Virus record (IMG/VR): IMGVR_UViG_3300045988_049599
Source: a virus
Strand: one strand, 5' to 3'
Length of the DNA stretch: 37,580 bases
The notes beneath the pieces are model-generated. The model was not told the DNA's origin. It did no database searches and saw only the letters and a program-made list of their open reading frames with translations. This document shows positions 14,792-23,938 of the stretch, in pieces; within the stretch, counting starts at the first letter, position 1, and each line of letters begins with the position of its first letter. The position numbers and the translations under genes are program-made.

Positions 14792-17100
14792 TATATCGCC
14801 CCCACGTTCTGGTTGATGGCTCGTGTTTCGAGCTCGAAAAGGATTTGTTCAGCCAGCATCCGGGCCTGCTGTCGGATGTCCTGATTGCTACCCATGTTGG
14901 CCGTACCAATATTGATCGTGATTTTAGCGCCGCCTGTGCCGCTTCCTGCGCGGCCCATGTTGTACGCCTGGTTGATGCTCTGATCGTGCGGGATGACACG
15001 CGTACCGCTGGGCAGGTCGACTATTTCGCCGCCGTACCGGTCGTTGATGACGGCCGGGCCGCCGGTCCAGTTTGTCGTACCTGTGTAGAGGTGGGAAATG
15101 TTAAATCCGATGTGTTTCCCGCCGACGCCAGGCACCCAGTCCGGAATATCGACGTTGATACTGTTGATTCCGTCAATGACGGAATTGATTTCCGCCCGGA
15201 TGTCGTCAAATACGGCCATGACGATGCCTTTCAGGCCGCCAAATATACTGCCGAAGATGTCTACGATGCCCTGCCATGCCAGGCTCCAGTCTCCTGTAAA
15301 GACGCCGGTGATAAACTCGATGAGCCCCGTAAATACCCCGATAGCCTTGTTGACAGCGACCCCGACGATTTCCAGGGCCGTCGTCAGTGCGCCCGTCAGC
15401 ACACTGGCCAGGGCTACAATGGCTGCATAGGCTACGCCACCCAGGACGCCGACGATTAAATCGGACAAGGCGTTTAAAACGCCGAACAGTGTCCCGCCGC
15501 CTCGGTTAAACGCGGCGGTCATCGTGTTCCAGGCCGTTTGCAGGCGCTGGATGGTCGGCATGATGGCGTTTACGACGCCCATAAAAACCCCTTTGATAGT
15601 TTCCCAGAGCTTCGCAAAAAACGGCCCGATTTTGTTCCAGTTGCGATAAATCAGATAAGCCGCCCCGGCAATGGCCAGGACCACAAGGCCAAGCGGCCCC
15701 ATCAAGGCCACGCCAGCGACACGTAACAACCGGAAGGCTTTCAGCGTCCCCGTAACGGCGGCTTGCAGTGCCTTATTTCGGATAGTGTTGCCGTGCAGGA
15801 CAGCTCCAATGTCTCCGTACGTTTTGACTATCGTACCGGATATGGTCAACACTTTCGATGTAGCAAACGCCAGCCCCGTAAATCCTACAATGGCCTCGCC
15901 GATGCCGATGATGATGCTTTTCGCCGCTGGCGACATGTTGGTAAATGCGTCAGCTACGGTTTTGAGCGCCGCCGCGGCACTCCGTATACTTGGTGCCAGG
16001 GCCGACCCGAAAGAGATCCCCAGGGCCTCCAGGGAACTTTTCAGGGCATCGACGGACCCTTTTAAGGTATCCTGCATTTTCAAGTACGCTTCGTGGGAAC
16101 TGCCGGCGCTGTTCGTGATAGCGTCAGACATTTGCTGATATGCTTCCGGGCTGGTTTTAATCAGTGCCAGCAATCCGCTGTAAGCATCTTCGCCAGCGAC
16201 GGCCTTTGCAATCGCCACTTGCTGGGTGTCGCTCAATCCGGCCATTTTACTGCGCAGTAAATCAACAGCGCCAGTCAATCCAATAAAGCTTCCGTCGCCT
16301 TTTTGCAGGTCCGACATGGATATACCTAATTGGTCAAACGCCATCGCCGTCGTCTTAGGTGGGTCGGCTAATCGTGATAATGTCGCGCGTAACGACGTCC
16401 CGATGGTCGATGCCTCGATACCGTTGTTGCTCATGATGCCCATGGCCGTACCCAGTTCTTCGATGTTGATGCCCAGAGCTGCGGCCGGCGCGCCGGCGTA
16501 CTGCATAGCCAGACCAAAATCTGCCATGCCTAATTTAGAGGCATTGGCAGCGGCCTGGACAACGTCGGCTACGTGGGTCGTACTGGCGGCGATGTCGCCG
16601 TTTTTCATGTTCCATATAGACAGGGCTGACGTGACGACGTCTGATGTCGTCGCCATGTCTTCGCCCGATGCGATAGAGGCTTCGATGATGCCCGGCATGG
16701 CCCCGATGGTCTGTTCCGCATCAAAGCCGCCTGCTGCTAGGCGGTCCATGCCTTCGGCGACCTCGCGGGCCGTCGTCGGGAATTTGGCCCCCATCTGGGC
16801 CGCGGCGTCTTTCATTTTCTGCATCTCTTCGGCCGTGGCCCCGGCTTTAACGCCAGCCCCGGTGATGACAGAATCGAAGTCCATGAAGGTCTTGACGCCA
16901 ATCGCCCCGGCCCCGGCGATGCCGGCGGCCAATGGCATCATACTGCTGGCCAGGTTGCCGACGCCCTTGCCGATGCTGTTCAGGTTCCGGCCCATGCCCT
17001 GGTTGGCTTTAGACGTCTGTTCCATTTCACTGCGTATTTTTCGTAGCCCATCGGTCACGTTGTCGGTCAGTCTCATGACGACGTCAATAATTTCTGCCAT
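14791..17100 (-). CDS. Tail tape measure protein
   Basis: 769 aa, Ala/Gly-rich and helical, with hydrophobic central segments. It lies after the chaperone pair. Confidence 0.85.
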   Translation of the reverse strand: MAEIIDVVMRLTDNVTDGLRKIRSEMEQTSKANQGMGRNLNSIGKGVGNLASSMMPLAAGIAGAGAIGVKTFMDFDSVITGAGVKAGATAEEMQKMKDAAAQMGAKFPTTAREVAEGMDRLAAGGFDAEQTIGAMPGIIEASIASGEDMATTSDVVTSALSIWNMKNGDIAASTTHVADVVQAAANASKLGMADFGLAMQYAGAPAAALGINIEELGTAMGIMSNNGIEASTIGTSLRATLSRLADPPKTTAMAFDQLGISMSDLQKGDGSFIGLTGAVDLLRSKMAGLSDTQQVAIAKAVAGEDAYSGLLALIKTSPEAYQQMSDAITNSAGSSHEAYLKMQDTLKGSVDALKSSLEALGISFGSALAPSIRSAAAALKTVADAFTNMSPAAKSIIIGIGEAIVGFTGLAFATSKVLTISGTIVKTYGDIGAVLHGNTIRNKALQAAVTGTLKAFRLLRVAGVALMGPLGLVVLAIAGAAYLIYRNWNKIGPFFAKLWETIKGVFMGVVNAIMPTIQRLQTAWNTMTAAFNRGGGTLFGVLNALSDLIVGVLGGVAYAAIVALASVLTGALTTALEIVGVAVNKAIGVFTGLIEFITGVFTGDWSLAWQGIVDIFGSIFGGLKGIVMAVFDDIRAEINSVIDGINSINVDIPDWVPGVGGKHIGFNISHLYTGTTNWTGGPAVINDRYGGEIVDLPSGTRVIPHDQSINQAYNMGRAGSGTGGAKITINIGTANMGSNQDIRQQARMLAEQILFELETRAINQNVGAI

Positions 17101-17102
17101 GG

Positions 17103-17261
17103 TCAGCGCCCTCCCTTCGTCTTGTCTTCAATTTCTTTCTTCATTCGTTTTTCTTCTTCGATTTCTTTGAGCATAAAGGCCCGCAAAACGATGCGCTCCC
17201 CTGGCCCTGCTACATAGTAGTCTGACGGACGCAGGTTATGCCTGACGTAATGCCAGAACAT
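17103..17261 (-). CDS. Tail assembly chaperone, -1 frame extension ORF (52 aa from its own ATG; below the ORF-track cutoff)
   Basis: Hand translation: MFWHYVRHNLRPSDYYVAGPGERIVLRAFMLKEIEEEKRMKKEIEDKTKGGR. Its frame is -1 relative to 17288-17704 and stays open back through the slippery site. It also has its own SD, GGAGAGGTG. Confidence 0.55.
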   Translation of the reverse strand: MFWHYVRHNLRPSDYYVAGPGERIVLRAFMLKEIEEEKRMKKEIEDKTKGGR

Positions 17262-17287
17262 TTCCTGCACCTCTCCGTCAGAGCTGA

Positions 17288-17704
17288 TTAGTTTTTTACA
17301 GCGTCAACCTGTTCTTCCGTCTTTTTGCTGTCAAAGCCGCACAGCTCGCTGATGATATTGGCAATCTCCTGGATTTCGCCGGCGTTTAACAGCGTATCGA
17401 ACAGGTCTTTTCTCGTAGCTGCGCCGTAGTGTTTCAGGACGTCGCGGTTGTCAAAATCTTTGTTGGCAATGCCGTCACAGAGCAGGCCCATGGTCAACTT
17501 GTACTGGTCGACCGACGTCTTTCCGCCTTCAATTTTCATGCTATCGTCCTGGATTTCGCGTACCCGCTTATTTGGAATCTGTCGAAGATCTAAAACAAAG
17601 GGCTCACCCAGGATAGCCGACAGCCGCTTCACTTCATACGACTTATGCTCTTTCTTGGTGATTTTCCCGGCATCTGCTGCCAGTAATGCATCTGCTAAAT
17701 TCAT
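17288..17704 (-). CDS. Tail assembly chaperone, XkdN-like
   Basis: 138 aa, positioned between the tube and tape measure genes. It ends in a slippery heptamer. Confidence 0.7.
   Translation of the reverse strand: MNLADALLAADAGKITKKEHKSYEVKRLSAILGEPFVLDLRQIPNKRVREIQDDSMKIEGGKTSVDQYKLTMGLLCDGIANKDFDNRDVLKHYGAATRKDLFDTLLNAGEIQEIANIISELCGFDSKKTEEQVDAVKN
17291..17297 (-). other. Candidate -1 programmed ribosomal frameshift heptamer A AAA AAC
   Basis: On the minus strand, GTA AAA AAC TAA ends the XkdN-like ORF. The -1 frame reads AAA AAA CTA ATC and continues into the 17103-17261 ORF. Confidence 0.5.
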
Positions 17705-17715
17705 TGTTTCTCTCC

Positions 17716-18150
17716 TTATTCACTCGCCGAATCGAGGATATCAAAGTCAGTAAAGGTGAAATCGTAGCTGTCTTCGGTCAGCTTCTGGGCTTCCCAGTCC
17801 ATCAACGTCAGCTTATCGAACGTCGCGTCATAGATGACTACCCGTTCGTCGCCAATCGCATCCGGGTCGGACAATTTGCCAATAAGCGTGCATACGGTCT
17901 GATGCCCTTCTTTGATGTTGTCGCTCATTTTGTCGATAAAAAACGACGATACGTGATTCATCTTGAGCGAGCCTTTTCCTTCCCAGCCTGTGACCTTATA
18001 CTGTTTACTGCGCTTCTTGACCTGTTTGACTTCCTGCTTATTGAGGTTAACTTCGGCCTTGAACTGCTCTACCTGGGCCATTTTGGTGCCGTCAATCCAC
18101 AGTTCACCTTCGGTGCCGGACATAACCTGTTGTGCTTTCATCGAATCCAT
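17716..18150 (-). CDS. Tail tube protein, XkdM-like
   Basis: 144 aa. It has the GTEGELWIDG...GWEGKGSLKMNHVSS pattern and lies directly after the sheath gene. Confidence 0.8.
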   Translation of the reverse strand: MDSMKAQQVMSGTEGELWIDGTKMAQVEQFKAEVNLNKQEVKQVKKRSKQYKVTGWEGKGSLKMNHVSSFFIDKMSDNIKEGHQTVCTLIGKLSDPDAIGDERVVIYDATFDKLTLMDWEAQKLTEDSYDFTFTDFDILDSASE

Positions 18151-18163
18151 TGCGCGTCACCTC

Positions 18164-19336
18164 CTAAATATTGATGGGGAAATCGAAATCTTCCATAGCG
18201 TCGAGGATCTTAATATTAGCCGTCAAGAATACTTTCTTTTTCGTGTCCAGCTTCTTGATGGCCAGATCATCCATGTCGGCCAGCTGTTCTTTGGTGTATA
18301 AGCCGTGCTGGAGCTGGTAGTTTTTGACCGCTTCCACGTTGATGTCTACGTTCGAGTAGCCTTTTTCCAGCAGCCGGCCGTCTTCCAATTCTTTGAAATA
18401 GCCGTAGATGGCCGTAATCAGAATCTGCTTATTGTCGTAATCGTTTGTATATTTGCCAATGTACGAGTCTTCCGTGGTCTTGCGCAGGTCGTCATAGATG
18501 GCGTCCATAATGTCTACGCTCTTGATTGTCTGGTATGATTCCTGTTTGCCCTGGGTCGTCGTGACAAGGCTGTTCATGGCGCGGGACAGCTTGAATTTTT
18601 CGCCGTCGTACCAAACGAAGAGTTCGCCTTTATTGACTTTTTCGTCGTTTTCGTCGAGCGTGTATTTGTCGCAGTCGATGACTTCCGACAGCGGCGCATA
18701 AGTCGCTGAAATGGTCAGCGGCGTGCCGGCAATCAGCCCGGCAATACGTGGGATGTACTGGGCTCCTGTATAGGTCTTGCTGGCCGTGACGATGGTTGTA
18801 TTGGAGAAATTAATGATTCCTTCATAATCGCCAGCACAGCCTGGCAGGATGACTTTCGAGCGTTTGTGCTTATTGTCGCGGTTGGTCTTCATCCAGGTGG
18901 CGACGCTTTCGCACTGGGCCGTCGTAATGGTCGGAATAGCCAGGTAGTCCCAGCGGTCTGTAGCCAGTCCTTTCAGGGCGTTGGCAAACTTGTCTTCTTT
19001 AGAGTCGGCCGTTTCGTCCTGGGCCATGAGATAGACTTTGACCCGATACGGCGCTTTTACGTAGCCGATAAGCGCCTTGGTGATATAGTCTTTGTTGTCG
19101 TCCGACAATTCAGACGGAATGTCATCTGTTGTATAGACGGTAAAGGGGTTCTTGATAGCTTTTTCCGTCGTTGTCGTGCCGCCGCTCGTGACTTCGTGGT
19201 CTTTCATCAGGTTGGTAATTGTCGCCTGTGGCTCTTCCAGCAGCAGTGCTACAATGCCACGCTGACTACGGTTAATCGCTTCAATGCCAGCTTCGATGAA
19301 CGAGATGTTAATCGAGGGCATACCTAATTTTGCCAT
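18164..19336 (-). CDS. Contractile tail sheath protein
   Basis: 390 aa. Size and position upstream of the tube gene fit, and the sequence is of the XkdK type. Confidence 0.8.
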   Translation of the reverse strand: MAKLGMPSINISFIEAGIEAINRSQRGIVALLLEEPQATITNLMKDHEVTSGGTTTTEKAIKNPFTVYTTDDIPSELSDDNKDYITKALIGYVKAPYRVKVYLMAQDETADSKEDKFANALKGLATDRWDYLAIPTITTAQCESVATWMKTNRDNKHKRSKVILPGCAGDYEGIINFSNTTIVTASKTYTGAQYIPRIAGLIAGTPLTISATYAPLSEVIDCDKYTLDENDEKVNKGELFVWYDGEKFKLSRAMNSLVTTTQGKQESYQTIKSVDIMDAIYDDLRKTTEDSYIGKYTNDYDNKQILITAIYGYFKELEDGRLLEKGYSNVDINVEAVKNYQLQHGLYTKEQLADMDDLAIKKLDTKKKVFLTANIKILDAMEDFDFPINI

Positions 19337-19339
19337 TGC

Positions 19340-19858
19340 TTATCCTCCTGTTTCTTCTTTAGTGATGGTGTCCGGGAATTTATTTTCTTTGCTGTCTATG
19401 ACGTTCATGTTGACCTCTTCCATCATGTCGCCGCTGCCCTGGCTGACGTTGGTCCGTTCGATGTACGGGATGACGATAGTCATAGCCAGGATGTCGTCTT
19501 CTTCGCCGACGCGGTCGTCTTCGATGGACTCGATTTTCAGGAAGCGGTCACTGGTCTGTATGCCGACAGGGAAAAGCATCTGTACCCGGTCCACTACGTC
19601 CATGTAGGTTATTTCGTTCTTTTCTGCGTCTTTTGGGTAATACACCAGGCGTACGGTCAATTCTTTCTGCATCCAGCTCATCGTCTTCGGCGTCATGACC
19701 GATGTGGCGGCAATAAAAAAGCAAGGTTTCCGGAAGTCTTCACGGACTTCATCGGCATACACCTTGCAGTTAAACTCAGCCGTCAGCATAGCAATGATAT
19801 GTTTCAGCACATCGGCTTGGCGGACAATCTCAGCCAAAATGATCACGCACCTTTTCAT
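19340..19858 (-). CDS. Neck / tail-terminator-region protein (function uncertain)
   Basis: 172 aa, positioned between the HK97 gp10-like gene and the sheath gene. The start is uncertain because it overlaps the upstream gene by 29 nt. Confidence 0.4.
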   Translation of the reverse strand: MKRCVIILAEIVRQADVLKHIIAMLTAEFNCKVYADEVREDFRKPCFFIAATSVMTPKTMSWMQKELTVRLVYYPKDAEKNEITYMDVVDRVQMLFPVGIQTSDRFLKIESIEDDRVGEEDDILAMTIVIPYIERTNVSQGSGDMMEEVNMNVIDSKENKFPDTITKEETGG

Positions 19859-20255
19859 AGAAATTTTTGGACATGGTTTCTTTTACTTTTGGCCAGCTGC
19901 TTTGTACGGTCCTTTCGGCAAATCCGACATGCTTGTTAAGGGGCGCTTTCCATTCTGGTTTCGGCTGCCCGTGTGGGTCTTTCGGATTCTGTACGCCTCT
20001 TTCTACCAGGTGGTAGTGCGGGGCGGCGTTCCTTATATCCGCTTCCGGTGCCCGCCCATAGCGGTCTTTCATCTTGATTTTCCAGCTTTTCGCCAGTTTT
20101 TTCCTATGATTCGTCCGCCCAATCGGCGTGGCTGCTTTTAGTTCCCTGACCATTTTGCGCGCCCCTTTTTGCAGGGCATCGCTGGCGTCGGCCGGGTATT
20201 CTTTGGCAAACTGGTCCAATTTGGCGTTAAATTCGTCAATCGTCACCGGATTCAC
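19830..20255 (-). CDS. HK97 gp10-family head-tail protein
   Basis: 141 aa. It has the pattern ALQKGARKMVRELKAATPIGRTNHRKKLAKSW and fits by synteny. Confidence 0.65.
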   Translation of the reverse strand: MNPVTIDEFNAKLDQFAKEYPADASDALQKGARKMVRELKAATPIGRTNHRKKLAKSWKIKMKDRYGRAPEADIRNAAPHYHLVERGVQNPKDPHGQPKPEWKAPLNKHVGFAERTVQSSWPKVKETMSKNFYEKVRDHFG

Positions 20256-20592
20256 CTGCTTTCCTAATATTGCACATGAGTTCTAGTTTGATATGTGCTT
20301 CATAGGGGTCTACGACAGACGTGATTTTATACGTCTTTTCCCCGTACTGGACCAGCATGTTTTCGTCGATGCCAGGCCGGTAGCGAATGGTGATTTTCGT
20401 AATCAATTCAACCTTATCGCGCATCTGTTCGTAATAGGTCCGCCCCCGTGCCGGTTCTATCCTGGCCCATATGGGATGACCGATGGCATCTTTTAGCTCT
20501 TGGTGCGTCAAGCCGTACTCGTCTTCGGTCTCTACGTACTGTAAGAGGCGGATGCGACGATTGAGCAGCCCTATTTCGTCCATATTTATCAT
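20236..20592 (-). CDS. Head closure / head-tail adaptor protein
   Basis: 118 aa. IRLLQYVETEDEYG...WARIEPARGRTYYE...ITIRYRPGI...YKITSVVD is the typical head-tail joining pattern. Confidence 0.7.
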   Translation of the reverse strand: MINMDEIGLLNRRIRLLQYVETEDEYGLTHQELKDAIGHPIWARIEPARGRTYYEQMRDKVELITKITIRYRPGIDENMLVQYGEKTYKITSVVDPYEAHIKLELMCNIRKAGESGDD

Positions 20593-20897
20593 GTCGCCGC
20601 ATCCTCCTTACTCGGGTACGCCTGCGCCAGGGCAATATGCTTGATGATAGCGTTCAAGCTGTTTGGCAGGTCGTTGACGTTGGTCTTGGTCGTAAAGGGC
20701 GTACGGTTTTCGTACCACAGCAAAACCAGCTGACAAACGGCCATCCGCATCAAGGCGCTTTCATCGTTGTAGGCTTTCCCCGTCGTCTGTTCGAGGTACG
20801 AGACGGCGGCTTCCCCGAGCGATGTGATCAGCACATCGTCTTCGGTAATATCTGCATCAATGCGCAGATAGTCTTTCAAGTCTGTCAGCTCTACCAT
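20589..20897 (-). CDS. gp6-like head-tail connector (DNA packaging) protein
   Basis: 102 aa. It has the LKDYLRIDADITEDDVLITSLGEAAVSYLEQTTG motif. Confidence 0.75.
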   Translation of the reverse strand: MVELTDLKDYLRIDADITEDDVLITSLGEAAVSYLEQTTGKAYNDESALMRMAVCQLVLLWYENRTPFTTKTNVNDLPNSLNAIIKHIALAQAYPSKEDAAT

Positions 20898-20910
20898 CTC
20901 GTTTCACCTC

Positions 20911-22080
20911 CTACGCGGCGGACCCAGTCAGTTTGACAAGGGATGCGCTCAGAATTGGCTTGCCGTCGCAGACCATAATGCTCTTGCGGACAATGTCGTC
21001 GGTGTCATTGTCTTCGTACACCTTCATGCCTACTTCAAAGTTCGTGTTCAACGTGTAGTCGCTGAAATCATAGAGCATGGCAAAGACGTCCGTCGTCTTG
21101 AGTGTGCTGGCGTATGCCGGCAGGTAGTTGGTGAGTACGACGCGGCGGCCGAGCAAGGTCCGTTCCGGTGTGCCACCCATGCCGTAGTTGACGCGGGCAA
21201 TCGGCTGGCCATTGGTATCCGTCATGCCGACAAATTCCATAAACGTCTTTTTGCTCATGACCCAGACGGCGCCGTTTTCGTATTCCATGGGCAAAGCCGC
21301 TTCTGCGCTGACGAGCGTCTTGTAGTCGATAGCTTTTACGGCGATGCTTGCGCCTTTCGTCGTATCTTTCAGGATGCCCGTCGGCTGTCCCTTACCTGTA
21401 CCGGTTAAGATGGCCTGTTCGATGGCTTTGGCCATGGCTTCGGAGATAGACGCTACCAGGCGCGTTTCAAAGGCCGACAGTGCCATGTTGTCGACTTCCA
21501 GGGATACGCTGACCGCGCAGCGAAGCTTGAAATGGCCGAAGGTGATAGACGCATCGAGGTTTTCTTTCTGCTTGTCACTGCCAGCGCCTTCGGCTACCCA
21601 GCTGGCTACCGGTTTGACCGATGCAACAGGGATGTTCATGCCTGTTTTATAGGCCGTACGGGTTACAAGCGGTAAAATCATGCCATAGGCTTCGATTTTT
21701 TCGACGATCTTATTGAGTGTGACCGGCGGTACGACAGCGCCGATGTCTTCGGTCGTCGTATTGGCATCACTGCGGAACTCGGCCGGGATGGCTTCATTGC
21801 GTGTTACATAGCGCATGAAAGCCATACGGTATTCGGCGGAATCATAGGGGTTTTCTGCGCGCTTAGCCGGTGCCTGTGGCGGTTCGACGACCGTAGCCGT
21901 AGTTTTGCCCATGTTGATGCCGTTGGCCATATCCTGGCGACGTTCCAGGTCCGCTTCTTCTTCGTTCAAGGCTCGCAATTCCTTTTCCAGTGCGTCAAGG
22001 TCAATATTCTGCTGTGTATCTTCCTGGAGTGTCTGTCTGATTTCGGCTTTTCTCTTGCGGATTTCTGCTAATCTGTTCAT
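20911..22080 (-). CDS. Major capsid protein, HK97 family, with an N-terminal coiled-coil delta domain
   Basis: 389 aa. An N-terminal coiled coil is followed by a capsid-fold region. It lies after the prohead protease. Confidence 0.85.
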   Translation of the reverse strand: MNRLAEIRKRKAEIRQTLQEDTQQNIDLDALEKELRALNEEEADLERRQDMANGINMGKTTATVVEPPQAPAKRAENPYDSAEYRMAFMRYVTRNEAIPAEFRSDANTTTEDIGAVVPPVTLNKIVEKIEAYGMILPLVTRTAYKTGMNIPVASVKPVASWVAEGAGSDKQKENLDASITFGHFKLRCAVSVSLEVDNMALSAFETRLVASISEAMAKAIEQAILTGTGKGQPTGILKDTTKGASIAVKAIDYKTLVSAEAALPMEYENGAVWVMSKKTFMEFVGMTDTNGQPIARVNYGMGGTPERTLLGRRVVLTNYLPAYASTLKTTDVFAMLYDFSDYTLNTNFEVGMKVYEDNDTDDIVRKSIMVCDGKPILSASLVKLTGSAA

Positions 22081-22090
22081 GTTTTTCCTC

Positions 22091-22687
22091 CTATAATGTG
22101 AGTAATTCCAGGCGGTGACGGCGTTCCCTTAACTTCGCCTCCCGCTCTTCAAAGTAATTTTTTGCCCTGGCCATGATAGATGTATCGTCATAGGCCGGGA
22201 AATTGACAACGGAGACGTCATACAGATTTCCAATTCCCGTGATTTTACGCAGGTATGTGTTTTCTTCGTTGTCTTCTTCGATGGTCTGGCTGGTAATGTC
22301 AAAAGCAAAGCTCATTTTGTCCAGGTCTCCCCGTTTGATGAGCGTGTAAATATCCCGGCCGACACTCGTATCAGCGATTTCAGCCCGGATTTTCAGCCCC
22401 TTGGCGTCGGTTTCCATGGTCAGTGTCTTGCTCCTGGCACTGGCCAGGATTAACGCCGTGTCGCCGTGATTGTAGTTAAAAATAGTGTCGTCCATATTCG
22501 TCTCAGTAAAGGCATTGGGGTCGATCTGTTCCATATACGTTATGCCCGACCAGCTGGATTTCCATAGGACCGTAGGACTGTTGAAGACGGCTGCATAGCC
22601 TTCGACAATCATTCTTTCGTCGCCGGCCGCATCATCATTCGGCAGTGCTGCCCTTACTGTCATGATTCGTTTTACTCGTTCCTGCAT
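22091..22687 (-). CDS. Prohead protease, HK97 family
   Basis: The ORF track gives 22091-22777. Start chosen at MQERVK (22687), 6 nt after GGAGGTG. Motifs EGYAAVFNSPT and NHGDTALILA are present. Confidence 0.8.
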   Translation of the reverse strand: MQERVKRIMTVRAALPNDDAAGDERMIVEGYAAVFNSPTVLWKSSWSGITYMEQIDPNAFTETNMDDTIFNYNHGDTALILASARSKTLTMETDAKGLKIRAEIADTSVGRDIYTLIKRGDLDKMSFAFDITSQTIEEDNEENTYLRKITGIGNLYDVSVVNFPAYDDTSIMARAKNYFEEREAKLRERRHRLELLTL

Positions 22688-23927
22688 CGTCGTCACCTCC
22701 TTCCGCATCGTCGCCATTATCATCACTGCTGCTGTCGCCGTTTTTCCCGGTCTGGTACAAACTTTGATCGTCAGCATTGACGTAATTCAAGCTAACCTGT
22801 CGCTTGTCGCCGCCTTCTACTCCGGCATAGCCGAACATTTCGCGGACTTCGTTGATCGTGATGCAACCGATAGGCGTCAGGGCCTGGCAGACCTTGATTT
22901 TAGATGCGACACTCATATAACTGAGCCGGTTCGTTTCCATGATGATTTCGTTGCCCCATCCCTGTTCCCGCTCAGTAAAGAGCTTGTCTGTCAGTTCCTG
23001 GGACAGCTTCACGGCGACCGGTTCAAGGACCGATTCGTAGAAGGCAATGTATTCGTCTTCCTTGTAATTGCCTTTGACGATGTTCGCATTCAGCCCGTAG
23101 TGCTCATAGATAGTTTCTTTCGTGTACTGCATCTGGTTGGCGTCGAATGTCGTGACCGTCGTGTTGATTTGCTGGAAATCGGCCTTTTTATCTAGTGACC
23201 CGATACCGCTGCCGTTCTTGCCCGAGGCATACGTTTCCACGAATCGCTGCCAGGCTGCCTTTTCGTCTTCCGGCCGCAGTACCTGCGCCCACTTGATGAT
23301 GCCCCGCAAGGCGCCGAAGTTTTTCACGGCGTTGATGATAGATGCCTTGCAGGCCCTAAGCGTCGTCAGGTCCTCTTTGATGACCCGGCAATTATCGTCG
23401 CCGAAAAAGTCGTCCCGGTTATAGTGCCGGCGGACATGCACGATGTCGGTATACGGTACGGTCGTCCGCTTCCCGCCGCCGAAGGTAAACCGGCAAAAGA
23501 TGTCACTGCCCTTCTGTAGCAGTTCTACCATGGAGAAATCCAACGGCCATAACGCAACAACGTCCCCATTTACGTCGCGCTGGATATAAATGAAGGCGTT
23601 GTTGTAGCTGTAATACTGGGCAATGAATTTCTCCAGGAACTCACTGCTTGTCATGAAGTCGTTAGGCTTGGTACTCAGCAGGTAATTGAGCTTGTCTTGT
23701 ACCGTCTCTACGATTTTTCCGTCGCTCCGGCGGATATGCCGTATCCGCATCTTGCCGAAGTGCCTGGCGATGGTGTCGATGCAGTCCCGGACGGTCGAGT
23801 CGTCGTATGCGTTGCCGTCCCACGGCGTGTACACGTTGTTGTAGCTGTTGAGCAGTTTCATCGTGCCGGCGCCGGCATAACTTTTTTCGGATCCGAAAAT
23901 TTTCTGAAATATACTGCGTAATTGCAT
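22635..23927 (-). CDS. Portal protein, HK97 family
   Basis: 430 aa, located after the terminase large subunit. It has an acidic C-terminal tail. Confidence 0.8.
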   Translation of the reverse strand: MQLRSIFQKIFGSEKSYAGAGTMKLLNSYNNVYTPWDGNAYDDSTVRDCIDTIARHFGKMRIRHIRRSDGKIVETVQDKLNYLLSTKPNDFMTSSEFLEKFIAQYYSYNNAFIYIQRDVNGDVVALWPLDFSMVELLQKGSDIFCRFTFGGGKRTTVPYTDIVHVRRHYNRDDFFGDDNCRVIKEDLTTLRACKASIINAVKNFGALRGIIKWAQVLRPEDEKAAWQRFVETYASGKNGSGIGSLDKKADFQQINTTVTTFDANQMQYTKETIYEHYGLNANIVKGNYKEDEYIAFYESVLEPVAVKLSQELTDKLFTEREQGWGNEIIMETNRLSYMSVASKIKVCQALTPIGCITINEVREMFGYAGVEGGDKRQVSLNYVNADDQSLYQTGKNGDSSSDDNGDDAEGGDDDAGTSKTNHDSKGSTAE

Positions 23928-23938
23928 CGTCTCACCTC

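Noticed and set aside
16226-17170. Long plus-strand ORFs antisense to structural genes (for example 16226-17170, 5891-6583, 5132-5794, 26916-27635, 14845-15459, 7347-7931)
   Set aside because: They lie entirely opposite well-supported minus-strand genes. Their composition is skewed and low-complexity (Ala/Arg/Ser/Pro-rich), they lack SD sequences, and they show no recognisable motifs. These are typical shadow ORFs.
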